The translations under genes and the position numbers were made by a program. The notes under the pieces were generated by a model. That model was not told the origin of the DNA. It searched no databases and saw nothing but the letters and a program-made list of their open reading frames with translations. A DNA stretch of 64,000 bases from Balanoglossus misakiensis (taxonomy: Eukaryota > Animalia > Hemichordata). Of the stretch, positions 1-11,921 are shown piece by piece. The stretch covers positions 2,126,247 to 2,190,246 of the forward strand of contig CM082594.2 of assembly GCA_040954595.2 (NCBI GenBank), in the 5' to 3' direction. Each line of letters opens with the position of its first letter. Within the stretch, counting starts at the first letter, position 1.

Positions 1-290
1 TCATTAAATATGCACATACCTAATTACAGGCGAACCAATAGAGCTAGAGTTTTGGTTTTTGTTGGACATGGACCAGTATGGGTAAAAAAAAAATTGCCCA
101 AATGTTGGGTGACCTCAGGTGACCTTTGACCTACTTCACCCTATTTCAGCAGCAAAAATACATACGTCCTTGTTATGTCATGAGATAATACACCCGATAG
201 AAAATTCTATTTCTTCTCATTCATACTGTGCATATATAATTCAAGATCAGCGCTTGGGCCCGACAATGCTGCTTGCAGCTTTAATTATAT
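1..290 (+). mobile_element. 3' end of a Helentron-like (HINE) non-autonomous element
   Basis: 1-160 matches the ~240-bp satellite unit at 55340-56250. It ends with GCTTGGGCCC, the hairpin GCTGC-TT-GCAGC (268-279) and TTTAATT, the same terminus as at 9094-9131. Confidence 0.65.
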
Positions 291-342
291 TTGTCATGAT
301 ATCACATACTGCACCTTTAACAAGTGATTCACCTTTTTTTAG

Positions 343-1998
343 CTCAACACCTGTCACCATGGATGGGGAGGAAGAGGAAGACTTGGGGAGGTTTTGGGAA
401 ATTGTGCAAATTTTCCGGAAATCGATTCTGGAAAAATATGGCAACCACGATCCCCCAAAGAAGGATAGGACATGGTCCGAGGATGCCAGACGAATTATTC
501 AAGACTTCCCAGAGAACAAAAACAAACTGTATAAATCAAAAAAGGTAAGCATGAAGCATTCTTCTCTCACATACATGTAGGTATGGTTCTCTGTGTCAGT
601 ACACTGTGCCATAGTGAGGACCGAACCATCATAGCTTTGTGTAGCAAACTCTTGCCAGGCAATGAGGTTGTGAGAGAATCTAAGATTTTATTTTGGGGGA
701 AGGTAAGACAACTTTGCTGGCCCACCCCTGGTTATAATAACCGTACACTCCCTAACTTTGATGCATGGTTGAAGTTGTAAAGTGAGCTTCAACAATGTAT
801 ACTGATTTTCAATGTTATGGACAGCCTGTTCAACTTTTTAAATGCTATCTGATAAAATTTTAACAGAGTTCCCTTTCACGTTCCTTTTGCAGGAAAAAGC
901 ATGTGGTATACCAAATGAAAATTATTACACCCATATGGCAGTGGCCTTGTTTTCCAACCAGTTATTTTCTTTATCTAAAAGGATGGTTAAGTTGTACAAT
1001 GAGGGTGTACTGAGGGGACTCAGAAATGCATCAAACATTTGTAAACAAACAATGTTTCAAAATGCCAAGTATGTCCCTGAAGGCACCCTCATTGGTTTTT
1101 TGAACAAACTTATAGATCATAAAATAACTGTGCAACAGTTTAAAGAACTGTGTAAAGAAAACAAAACTCAGGTAAGTTTCTTTCAAATTTACTTATATTC
1201 ATCAGAAGATTATTTATTGGTGATCATGTCCTGTGGGAGCCAATTATCTATAGATGTGTAAAGGCCATGAAGAATCTTCTCTATAATACCATATGACTAA
1301 TGTAGTAATGGTTATTGGAAGCAACTGTTGCCAACTATGTGAGTGAGTGCTGCCAGTGTCATGAACAGTCTAATCAACCATCTAGTTTTCTTGAGAAAAC
1401 ACTGATATGACCAAGAAATATCCCTTATGATTGGCATCTTTCTAAAAAGCCTATGTGACATCATCACATCCTTCTCCCATACTTACCATCCTACATGTAC
1501 GTACTTCCAGAGACTTTCTCTCTTGTGCTCTACTGTACTTGTCACTAGATTATGAAAATCCAGCTAACTCACAATTCTTTTGAAAACGGGGTACCATATC
1601 AACACATACATGTTTATGTGGACCTCATACAGTTGTTTTGGGCTAATGTAGTTTATTTTTATAATTTTTCTTGTCATTTTCCTAATTTGTCACAAAGCTT
1701 CTTCTCTGAAATCGTTTACCAATGGTGCATGCAGTAAAATGTTGGATGGTGAATCCCCATTTATACATCTCACTGAGTTATGTTGAAAGTCCAGTATGAC
1801 ATAAAACATAACCACCATTTGAACATTTTGCTCAACTTAAAGCTGGAAAAAGGCGAACATGTATCCAACTTATATTTCTCTATATTATTTCTGCCATGCA
1901 AGACTCAACCTTCCAGTAACCTGAGAGCACAGGTGCAGGAGAAAGAAGACGAAATCAATGTTTTGAAAGAAACCATCAAAAATAATGATGCAGAGAAG
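343..1998 (+). CDS. Three in-phase exons of an uncharacterised spliced gene (343-544, 893-1171, 1903-1998); partial
   Basis: Canonical AG/GT boundaries (TTTAG|, |GTAAGC, GCAG|, |GTAAGT, CAAG|, |GTGAGT). Both joins are phase 0 and give one open frame (…LYKSKK|EKACG…ENKTQ|TQPSS…NNDAEK) ending in a coiled-coil-like segment. No family recognised. Confidence 0.65.
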
Positions 1999-2169
1999 GT
2001 GAGTGTGCAAATTATTGTTGGCGTCTTTGTCATGTTTATGCAAAATTGTATTTATCTAGTATTCAGAAACAGACCACTACTAGAGGGAAGCATTCATGAC
2101 ACACACTGCCTGATTTGAAAACTGTAATTAATTAGTTGCAAACATTTTTTTCTCTAAAAAATGTTTAAA

Positions 2170-3130
2170 ATGATAAATTTGTCTTAAGTAGGTCTTTTTA
2201 GGCAATAAATTGCCAAAAACGCAATTTTGACTAGAATGGGGTCAATCAGATTTTTTTTTTTTTTACATAGAATGGACTTTTCATACATAATCAGATCTCT
2301 GAATATGAAGAAAACAGTTTGTTTTTAGTTTTTTTTGTAAAAATGACCTTTTTGACCTCAAAAATGTGGCCAAAAATGGCATTTTTGTATTGATTGGGGT
2401 CAAAAAGATTGCTTTATGTTTTATAGTCACCACTTTACACATAGAATTGACTTTCCATATATCATCAAATCAATCAATATGAAGAGTAGAGTGTGTTATA
2501 AGTTTTGTCTAAAAATGACGTTTTTGGGCAAAAAATGGTCAAAAAGGTAATTCTGTCTCGTTTGGGGTCAGTCAGACTGCTTTTTTGGTAATATCAACCA
2601 AATTTTACATAGAACAGGCATATCATATGTCATCAGATCTTCGAATGTGACGAAAACAGTGTGTTTTTAGTGTTTTCTAAAAATGACCTTTTTTGGGTTA
2701 AAAAGTGCCAAAATGGCAATTTTTTCTTGGGTGGGGTCAGTCAGACTGCTTTTTTTCGTAATATCAACCAAATTTTACATAGAATAGGCATATCATATGT
2801 CATCAGATCTTCCAATGTGACGAAAACAGTGTGTTTTTAGTGTTTTCTAAAAATGACCTTTTTTGGGTTAAAAAGTGCCAAAATGGCAATTTTTTCTTGG
2901 GTGGGGTCAGTCAGACTGCTTTTTTCGTAATATCAACCAAATTTTACATAGAATAGGCATATCATATGTCATCAGATCTTCGAATGTGACGAAAACAGTG
3001 TGTTTTTAGTGTTTTCTAAAAATGACCTTTTTTGGGTTAAAAAGTGCCAAAATGGCAATTTTTTCTTGGGTGGGGTCAATAAGACTGACTTTTTTGGAAT
3101 CAGCACCATTTTTTAAATAGAATGGACTTC
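2170..3130. repeat. Tandem repeat, ~170-bp unit, about 5-6 copies
   Basis: GGGTTAAAAAGTGCC recurs at 2695, 2865 and 3034. The upstream copies are more diverged. Confidence 0.85.
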
Positions 3131-6100
3131 ACAAACCTTCCTTACCAATTTTTTTATTTAAAAGCACCTATCTCCTAGGGTAATAACTTGTCATCATAGT
3201 CACTAATTGGTAAGGGTACTTGGAAGTATGACGTAATAATGACGTAATTGATTATTATATCAATTTTTTGCAATAATTAGATACTTTACTCAATCAGCTT
3301 TCTGTTGATACCAAACACATCACAGTTTTCATCAGTTTTCATCAGTACAATTGCACAGAGACATGTTTTGCAAAACCTCACATTTATAGGTGAACAGAAC
3401 ACCATTTTCGTAAGGGTATTTTGACTTATGACGTCACTATGATGTCATGATTAGTCATATCACTTTTATTTTGTAATTAATGGAAAGCTTGTTTATTAAG
3501 CTTTCTTTTGATACCAAATACTTCCCTGTTGTTCGAGGTAAACCCCTACTGGCTCATGGTCTATGGCTCCAGCCAATCAGAGAGCTGGATTCATATCAAA
3601 CATATTGTAATTCTTATTTATATCTTAAATTTCTCAGGATAGAACTATCAGTGATTTGAACGAAATAATTATCCAAAAGGACAGGGTAATGACTGAGCAG
3701 GTAGGCATAAAATAGTTGCACAGATTAGATTGTATTTTTTATACATCAGTGAGGCAGTCAGGACGTAAGTGGGGTAATTAAACCGCAGGGGATCATGCAA
3801 TGCAAACACTGAAACTGGCCAGTAACGTTTGAATTGCTCATTTGCATACAGTTTTTCAACTTTTTTCACAACGAAAGTTAAGCAACTTGCAACCCATTTC
3901 TGACAATTATTTCACCCCAGGCACATTACTGGTACTATGAGTGTACTACATGTGATTTTTCATGAAGTTTTATCGAGAAGAATTTCTTTACTTCCACTGA
4001 CAAAATTGTGATCACGAAATTCAAAGTGACCTTGAAGTTAAAAAATCAAAAAAAAAATATCAGCCATACCCACACAAAAATTAACCCCCTCAGGTTTTAG
4101 AAACATTATTAAACTCCTCTATTCATAATTTTGACATGAATATATCCATGCCGAGAGTCAAGGACCACAATTTACAGTGCCATAGGTCAGTCCTGAGAAG
4201 TCAGTCAGCGTGAATAGTGTATAGACTCCGTATGTAATATGCTAATGAGAGATAACGACGCGTTGAAAAGGAAGCCATTACGTCATGGGTTAACATGCGT
4301 TGACCTACTTCAATGCATACACATATGGCAAACACGGCTGTACTCGTCGATGGCGAAGGCAATTTTTACACCGTCATTACTCCACAACGGAGCGGCTCAC
4401 ACTATTATAATTTCACGGTAACTTAGTTCAATATCTTCCTAACCTACACAATTTTTTTCAAGACAAGAAATCTTTGCCGAGAGTCAAGGACCACTATTTA
4501 AACCAACATACCGAAACTGTCTATCTCGGGAACGCGTCGTTAAAACTTCACGAAAAATCATCCTATCATTGACTATGGTGTTTCATACACGTCTTAGAAA
4601 AATGGATGCACTACGATCACTTGTAGTACCGAAAATCTCCGTTTGAAAATTTTTCCAACTGGCCGTAACTGCCACTCAGCAACGTTCACATTCAAATAGA
4701 TCTCTTTGATCTCACCGCCTTAATTACCCCACTTACGTCCTGACTGAGGTCTTCATTATGAAATCAAGGCGGTCACATATTGGTTTAGACCTGTCAAAAT
4801 ATTTCAGGCCGTCCAGTTATGAATATAAACCCTGGCTCCAGCCAATCAGAGACCTGGATTCATACCAAACATATTGTAATACTACTTTATATTATTGTTA
4901 TTTTCCTCTTATTTCTGTCTTGGACCTGGTAATAAGCTTAGCTTGAACGATATTGATTATTGGACCTGATTGGATGTCCTATTTATCTCATTTTCAAATT
5001 TCAGATAAATGGCCATGATTTCAGCCGCCTTGAAAGGACGCGTTCATCTGACGTTTCCCGAGTTTTGATCTCGCCACCATCTTCTCTTCTTCTCGCACAT
5101 TCTCGGCTTATTGGAGTTGCTTCAACCGTACGTGTTCCAGCAGGATACAGAACTACTTCACACAACAATGACATCTTATTTCCACCTCATCAGGGTAAGA
5201 ACTCACTACACAATTACAGGGCTATAGTCCTGTAGCCTTTTCACGGCCATCACAAACATTTTTTTCCTTCTGAGTTTGCATCCCCAGTTTATTAGGGGAC
5301 CAAGCGCCCTCAGGCGCTTGGTCCCCTTCTGTTATTGCTGGAGTTTTTCTTCTTTCTTCTTGAGTCGTTTTTTTGCTCCCGTTTTTCTCTGAAATTCCGG
5401 CACCTGCGCCTATGAAGTTTGGCACGATGATTGGGGCCCATGAGTACTAGTGCACCTGCCCTTTGAATTTGTAAGTAGTCACGTGACTTGGTGGCTATAA
5501 TCGAGCGAAATTTTCAAATTGACCTAATTTGCACGTTAATGGGGGAATGTACATTCTTTTCGCGATTTTTGTAGACCATGTGGCCAAAATCCCCTGTGCC
5601 AAATTTCAAGGTCCTAGGCCACGTCGATTTTGAGAAGAAGATTTTTGTAATATTTTTTCGCATTTTGAGGACGGACACTGGGGCATCGGACTTTGACCGT
5701 CATTACGTTATGTTGTGGAGATCTCATTAGCACGCTACTCACTTCTGGCGGGTTGCAGTAGTCCTTGGAAAATCGGCTGAAATACGTAAACAGACCAGTG
5801 ATTATTTTCCACGGAATGAATTTTGGAGTTCAGGCTGTGTTAGGGCGTTTTATTGAATTACGCTGAGTTTGTTAGCTGTTGCCGTTCAAATGTTTCTATC
5901 TAGACCCGGCTACACTGGTTAACATTCAATGTAATGCGGCAGCGGACTTTGACCCTCAGTCGCTAATGTGGCCGAAATACGTCAGCAGACCAATGATTTT
6001 CTTGCACGAAGGGAGTATGGAACCAGCAATAATCAGAGATCAGGCGTCGTTGCCGTTCAAAAGTTCCTACTTCAGTCGTGACGTTGCAACTGGACATTCA

Positions 6101-6330
6101 GTATGGGGGTTGGCCCGCAGGTGGCCGTGGGGGTTATCAGGTCGCCCGTAATGGCACGCAGCTTCATGCAGCTGTATGGGACCAAAATAATACGCCCGAT
6201 TTGGGGGTCACCTGTGACACCTGCGTAACTCAATTATGAGCATGCGTAATTGTGGGGTCAATGAAAGGGATGCTAGTGTGGTATTTGTTGCAAATGGATC
6301 AATATGAAGTCCGATTTTCCTGTCAAGTTA

Positions 6331-7057
6331 GGCTGCATTCACAAAATCCTCAGGAGGGGGGGGGCAAGAGAATTGAGGGGGGGATTTGAAAAAATTGAGG
6401 GTATGTAAGGGGGGGGATTTGAACTAATTTAGGGACTGAAAGGGGGGGGACTTGAAAACTTTGACGACTAAATATTTATTTTGAGTCCACAAAAATGCAG
6501 TTTCGCGCCCTTTATTTTACAAAATTTTCTAATGGGGAGGGGGACACCCCCTCCCACACCCACCCCCTCCATTCATCAACACCTTTCAATCATTGATTGG
6601 TTTATCTAGTGTCCCAGGTTTGGGGACTTGCCCCAACCCCATGACTCTGAGCGTCGACGGTTAAATTTGTCCTCCCCAACATACCGGTAGTTGAGTTAAT
6701 TTGCCTTTGCCGGGTTCATTAAAATGCAGCTTTGAGCTCTGTATTTTATAAAATTTTCTTACGTGCACACGCTCCCAAACCCACCCCCTTCAATTATCGG
6801 TTTACAATGTCTCCCAACACAGGATACAAATACTTAAAAAATGGGAGCGCTGTTTTTCTTTTTTTACAAGATAGATACTAGGTGATCTGTTTTGCTCTGT
6901 GAAAGAAAATGGGGAGGGGGGGATTTCAAAATTTTGGCAGTTCGGAAGGGGGGGATTTGAAATTTTTCGGGTTGTGTACGGGGGGCATGTGAAAATTAGC
7001 GGTAAAAAAATTGAATTCTCCCCCCCCCCCCCTCAATAGGTGTTTGTGAATGCAGCC
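6331..7057 (+). mobile_element. PIF/Harbinger-type MITE, copy 1
   Basis: TIR GGCTGCATTCACAAA…TTTGTGAATGCAGCC; TTA TSD at 6328-6330 and 7058-7060; other copies at 35987-36786 and 56549-57147. Confidence 0.9.
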
Positions 7058-7646
7058 TTATGGGCGATCTTATGTGACATTTCACCTACTTTTGCTTAGT
7101 GAGCATCCACAGCAGATGCATGCAGCTTTGGCGTGGGGGGGGGGGGGGCATATACGGATGGGACCATAAAGATATACCAAAGGCGGGGTCACCTGTTGCA
7201 CCTGCCTAAGTCATTGATTTTGTACATTTAATTGGACACTAACCAACAGGGCAATAGGTGTGGTTTTTGTTCCACAGGGACGAATGTAAGTGTCAGTTTG
7301 TTTTTGCCCAAATGTATAAGTTGATTTGGATGACCTCTGTCGTACAGTGCCATATCTCAGCCCGTTGTACAAGTGCAGCTTTGGTATTCGGAGCGAAACT
7401 ATCATGAAATGTCAAATACAGGGGGATACCTGCGACACCTGCTTGATTCATGTATTACGTGCATACCTAATGGTAGGCAAAGTGAAAGGGCTGCAAATGT
7501 AGGATTTGTTGCACATGACATAAACAGGAATGAACATTTTTTGTCAAATTTTTGGGTGACATCAGGTGTCCATTGACCTGCTTTCCATATGTTAGCATGC
7601 ACATCATGTATAGCCAGGTGTTTGGAGGGGTAGGGTAGGACCCTCT

Positions 7647-8736
7647 CAGGCCTCGAAAAAAATTTTCATAACCCACTTGCCATCGGGCAAGCAAATTTTC
7701 AATTTCACTTGCCCCCCAAGAAAAGTGACTTGCCCCAACCTTTCACCATGAAAGACAACATTTACGCACTAATAAGTTTACGTGTTTCGCCAGCATGAAC
7801 GCGGTAGTAAACAGGTTCCGGTATTTGCGTTGTTGGTCAGTTGTCAACTTTCGTAAAGCCAATCCTATTGGAGTGTCCCCCAGTGTAATCGTAGCACTAG
7901 CATCCGCACTATCTCGTCGATAACGGGCTAAACATTCCAGATGCGGACGACCACTATCATGCGACTTCATTGATTCCACGCGGAATATGTCGCAGCCATC
8001 GAAGAACGCATTCCGCTTTCCCATGGATTTTGCGATCGTCGGATACTTTAGGCAAACTTTACAGAACATTTTGTTTTCGCTGTAGGTAAGCCATGGCCAC
8101 TGTTCCTCCCATTTCGGAAGGTAGTTTCTTTGGCGTTTGTCTGCATCGTAACGCTGATGCTTTGACCGTGCGTCACTTTCAGAAGCTCCCTCAGATTCAG
8201 AGAGGTCACGTCGTTTCTTTGAGTCAGTTGACCCAGATGCGTTCGATGAAAAATAACGCAAGAGACTCATGGCTGTTTTTCAAATCTCTGCCACCGTCGG
8301 CTTACGAGAGTCGTAACTGAATTTATTTTGAACCATTCTAATTTGAATTTGACTAGTTAGATCGACCATTTCATTGGTTTTTCCAATAAAAATAGCAACT
8401 GCATCTAGCAATACGATTACGCGTAATTTGACAATGCAACAAAATCTGACAGTCGCCCATCACAATATTGCTACAGTGTATCATGACTTTATTGAAAAGA
8501 ACTTTGAAAAAAAATCAGTGGGCTCGTGTTTTGCATTCAAGCCGATTGCCAGCTGTGATAGCGGTAAACTCAAAGAAAGTTGACATTTCTGATAGCTGGG
8601 CATTAGCCACAACATGACCACGGTCTCCCTATCGCCGTGACACTTGCCCGTCGGGCGGCAGGAATTTTGATTTTACTTGCCCGGACGTAAATTTCACTTG
8701 CCACGGGCGTCGGGCGGCGGGAATTTTCGAGCCCTG
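7647..8736 (-). mobile_element. Internally deleted hAT-like DNA transposon with 6-bp TSD
   Basis: TIR CAGGCCTCGAAAA / TTTTCGAGCCCTG; subterminal CTTGCCC repeats; CCCTCT duplicated on both flanks. Confidence 0.85.
7743..8270 (-). pseudogene. N-terminal zinc-finger fragment of a hAT transposase (ZNF862/C17orf113-like)
   Basis: WEEQWPWL…MFCKVC…F..GC..FR…SH…H..C pattern. The ORF breaks off before any catalytic domain. Confidence 0.75.
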
Positions 8737-9451
8737 CCCTCTGCGTCATGAAATGCTAAATTTTAGGGGCTACCTGTAACTTACTTGCATAACTCATTAT
8801 TATGGCCATATCTAATTTGACAAACCCAAACAGCGAGGATTTTCTGTTGTCTTGAATATGAACCAAATAAGAATCCTAATTTTTGGCCCAATTTTTGAGT
8901 ACCCTCAGCTGACCTTTGAAGTAACTGAAGTACTTACAACGTAGAAGTTCACCTTTGGTTGTTGTGTTTGTATTTGTAAGACATCCATTTCGGGTGGTTG
9001 CCTACTTCCCCATATCTCCACATCCAGAGCAAATACAGCCTACGCATTTGAATGGTACAACCCTGAATGGAGTCTAATGGTTATTAACTCTATGCTTGGG
9101 CCCCTTCAACGCTGCTTGCAGCTTTAATTTTATTTGTTCTCTGAATTTTTTGGGGCAAATGTATGAAAGACTTTTAGTTCAAAAGTGAATCAGTACAAGT
9201 ACAGACCTCTGGGACCAGAAAATATGTCCTTAATAGACAGGTAATATTCTATTCAAACTGTTACTTTTGTCTTGAATTTTTATAAACCTCCGTCATGCTA
9301 CGTTTAACTGTAAAGAACAAGATTTTTATTACTTTAACAAAATCTATAATAATGCCAAAATGTAGGAGACAATGCAAGTTACACCGTTTTTTGGGGTGTA
9401 ATTTGCAAGTTGGCGTATCTTGTGTAACTCAAGTAAGCCCTGAAAACGGAA

Positions 9452-11921
9452 TTACTCGTGCTTTAAAATGTCCTGTGTATAAGAGTCCTTAGCTCTAGAA
9501 TGTACGTAATGCTCCATGAAAACAGACCTTGTCTTCCAGCGGCCTATCTTCATGACAATGTCAGGATCACAAGCCGTATCAATAGCTACTGTGGCTCCCG
9601 TTGGCCTGAAATCCTTTGCTGTGTAGCCACCCCCACCGAGACCAGCTAATTTTATAGCCTCCTCCATGATTTTGGAAACAGTGGGTGCTGTAATAGCTTT
9701 AAATGGGGGGGTTAAGTGATAAAAACACCGGTTTATCAACCACAGGTCTATACCCTTGTGTTCTTTCAATGTAGCTGTGCAGTGTATGCACTGGGTCAAG
9801 TTTTCGCTCTACGCTACTGGGAATAGTGACCTCAAAACCACTTCTAGAAGTGTCATTTTTGATATGTAACTGTTAATTTGCCATCTTTAGCAAAAATGAG
9901 ATTATCTGTAGAAAATACCATTGGTTTTGAAGTATTGGATGCTGCATCAAAATATACACTCTTAGGTGCAATGTCTGATGGACGCAGCATTAATGTCAGA
10001 GCAAGTAAAGTTATTGCCTTCAAACGCAGGTCTTTGATTGACAGTTCGTGATTGTCTGGCCAGCCCATGAATAAACCCCTAAATGAGGCAATGGGCATAA
10101 CCAGTCCCTGTTCACTCCATGAATGGAGACGTGTTAAATTGTACTGCACATGCTCAGAAATAAATTTGCATATCCCGCGAAGTTCGCAAGTGAGTATCAC
10201 TCGCTGATTTGTTTACACGTAGACTTCAGTGATTTTAGACCTTATGGAGCGGCAACTTCGGGAAATTTCGATGTGTGACGTTACTAGCACATTCCAGAAG
10301 ACAGCATGGCATCGTCTGTACAAGATGAGTGAAATACTTAGAAAGATATCGCCACATACAGTGACCGATCTGACTGGGCTGCGTCCATGTTTTTCTCTTG
10401 AAATCATCGACAGTGTTATACACCTCTGTATCAATGCTGTCCTAGTGACTTTTTCACACCCGTTCTTTTTGTTTTGAGTGAATAGGATAGTCAACTAACT
10501 ACTGCTGGACAATGGGTGTGAGTTTCATGGCTCTCACATGATGGGGTAATTTGGGGTAACATTTTGAAAATACCATGTCATGTTCAGAACGCGGATAGGG
10601 TGTATGTCATGTGAACAGTGATACATGTACATGTGGGGAAGCGTTAAAATGCGGGTTGCGGGCCGCGGGTTGCCGATTGCGGGTTGTAAAATATCGTTGT
10701 GTTTTGTTAATAAAAGAATAATAATGTTATATGTCGAAAGAAACGATCAAATGATTGCTTCCCAGAAGTTTAATTTGCGCCACAACTCTGGCAGCGGACT
10801 TTGACCCTCACACTCACTACTAGTGTGCGAGGTCTCATTAGCATAATCCCAGTCACTTCCAGCGGGTAGTACTCGCTGAAATACGTAAACAGTCCAGTGA
10901 GTTTTTCACGAAAGGAGTTTTGGGACCAGAAATAATCAGAGTTCAGGCTTGTATAGGTCGTTTTATTGAATTACGCTCACTTTGCTTTCTGTTGCCGTAC
11001 ATGTGTGGGTCGGAAATTTAACACGTCTCCATTTATGGAGTGTACAGGGAATGTTGTACGCATGTGCACATCTCAGTTCACGAGGTTAAAGGTACTGCGT
11101 TTGCGCAGAACACGTCTCCATTTATGGAGTGAACAGGGACTGATAACCTTTGAGTGTTTCATAGGTTCTGTTGTACTTGGTTTTACAAGGCTAGAAACAA
11201 GACAATGTAATTCTGGGTCACTAGTCAACTTTGAGTGACCTAACGCATCACTAAGACATGATATTGCCGCCATAGCACATTTAAGTTGAGAGCGCGGCTT
11301 ATTAGAGGAATCAGCAATGTAACACAAAAACTCAGCTAAAACTGCAGTAGACTGAGGTGGAAAAGGTACACCATTGTCTAAACAAAAATTGAGCAATTTT
11401 CGCAATAGATTGTTGTACAAAGAAAGTGTTGAAGGCGCCCAAGCAAACTGAATTTGGGTTGCGGCCCTCTCTGACCATCCTACTGACTGTAATCTTGATT
11501 TCCAGCTATTCTCCAAGCATACAAACACCAGCGACGATTCCGCAGTGGTTCTGGTCTTGGTCCCTGTGCCCATATTGTCCGTGGGGAATTCGGTAAAGGC
11601 ATCGCTGGGGCTACTGACATCTGCTGTAACTGTTGAAACCATGCCTGAGCTGGCCAATATGGTGCGATCACAGTTGCCTGTGCACGCTGCCATTTCACTA
11701 CATCTAGTACTCTTGGTATTAGGTGAAACGGCGCATTGACCAAGTTGTTGTGTTGGTTCCAGTCCTGTTGACTTAGAGCGTCTATCCCACTGGACATTGG
11801 GTCGAAGAACTGACTGTTGTAAATTTCCAACTGACTGTTGTGCATACTTGCGAACCGGTCTATAGTATGGGGACCCCATATGCGGTCGATATATTGAAAC
11901 TGGCCTGGGTGTAGTTGCCAT
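9452..11921 (-). pseudogene. Tyrosine recombinase ORF, disrupted
   Basis: Motifs APSTL..Y, LRPSD, KDFRPTGAT, GRW…F..HY. The N-terminal part overlaps the RT ORF. It is split by the insertion at 10102-11142 and has frameshifts near 9865 and in the G run near 9705-9711. Confidence 0.88.
10102..11142. mobile_element. Non-autonomous TIR element with 5-bp TSD (hAT5-like)
   Basis: ~34-bp TIR CAGTCCCTGTTCACTCCAT(G/A)AATGGAGACGTGTT; TSD ATAAC at 10097-10101 and 11143-11147. Removing it restores the YR frame (KHSKVMPIASF). Confidence 0.9.

Larger units (their letters stand above)
5292..9131 (+). mobile_element. Helentron-like (HINE/DINE-1 type) element carrying nested insertions
   Basis: 5' hairpin AGGGGACCAAGCGCC-ctca-GGCGCTTGGTCCCCT followed by a TTC-rich tract; degenerate satellite units inside; 3' GCTTGGGCCCC plus hairpin GCTGCTTGCAGC and a T-rich flank. 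Confidence 0.6.

Noticed and set aside
343-1998. Upstream exons of INTS1
   Set aside because: The translation shows no resemblance to INTS1 that I can recognise.
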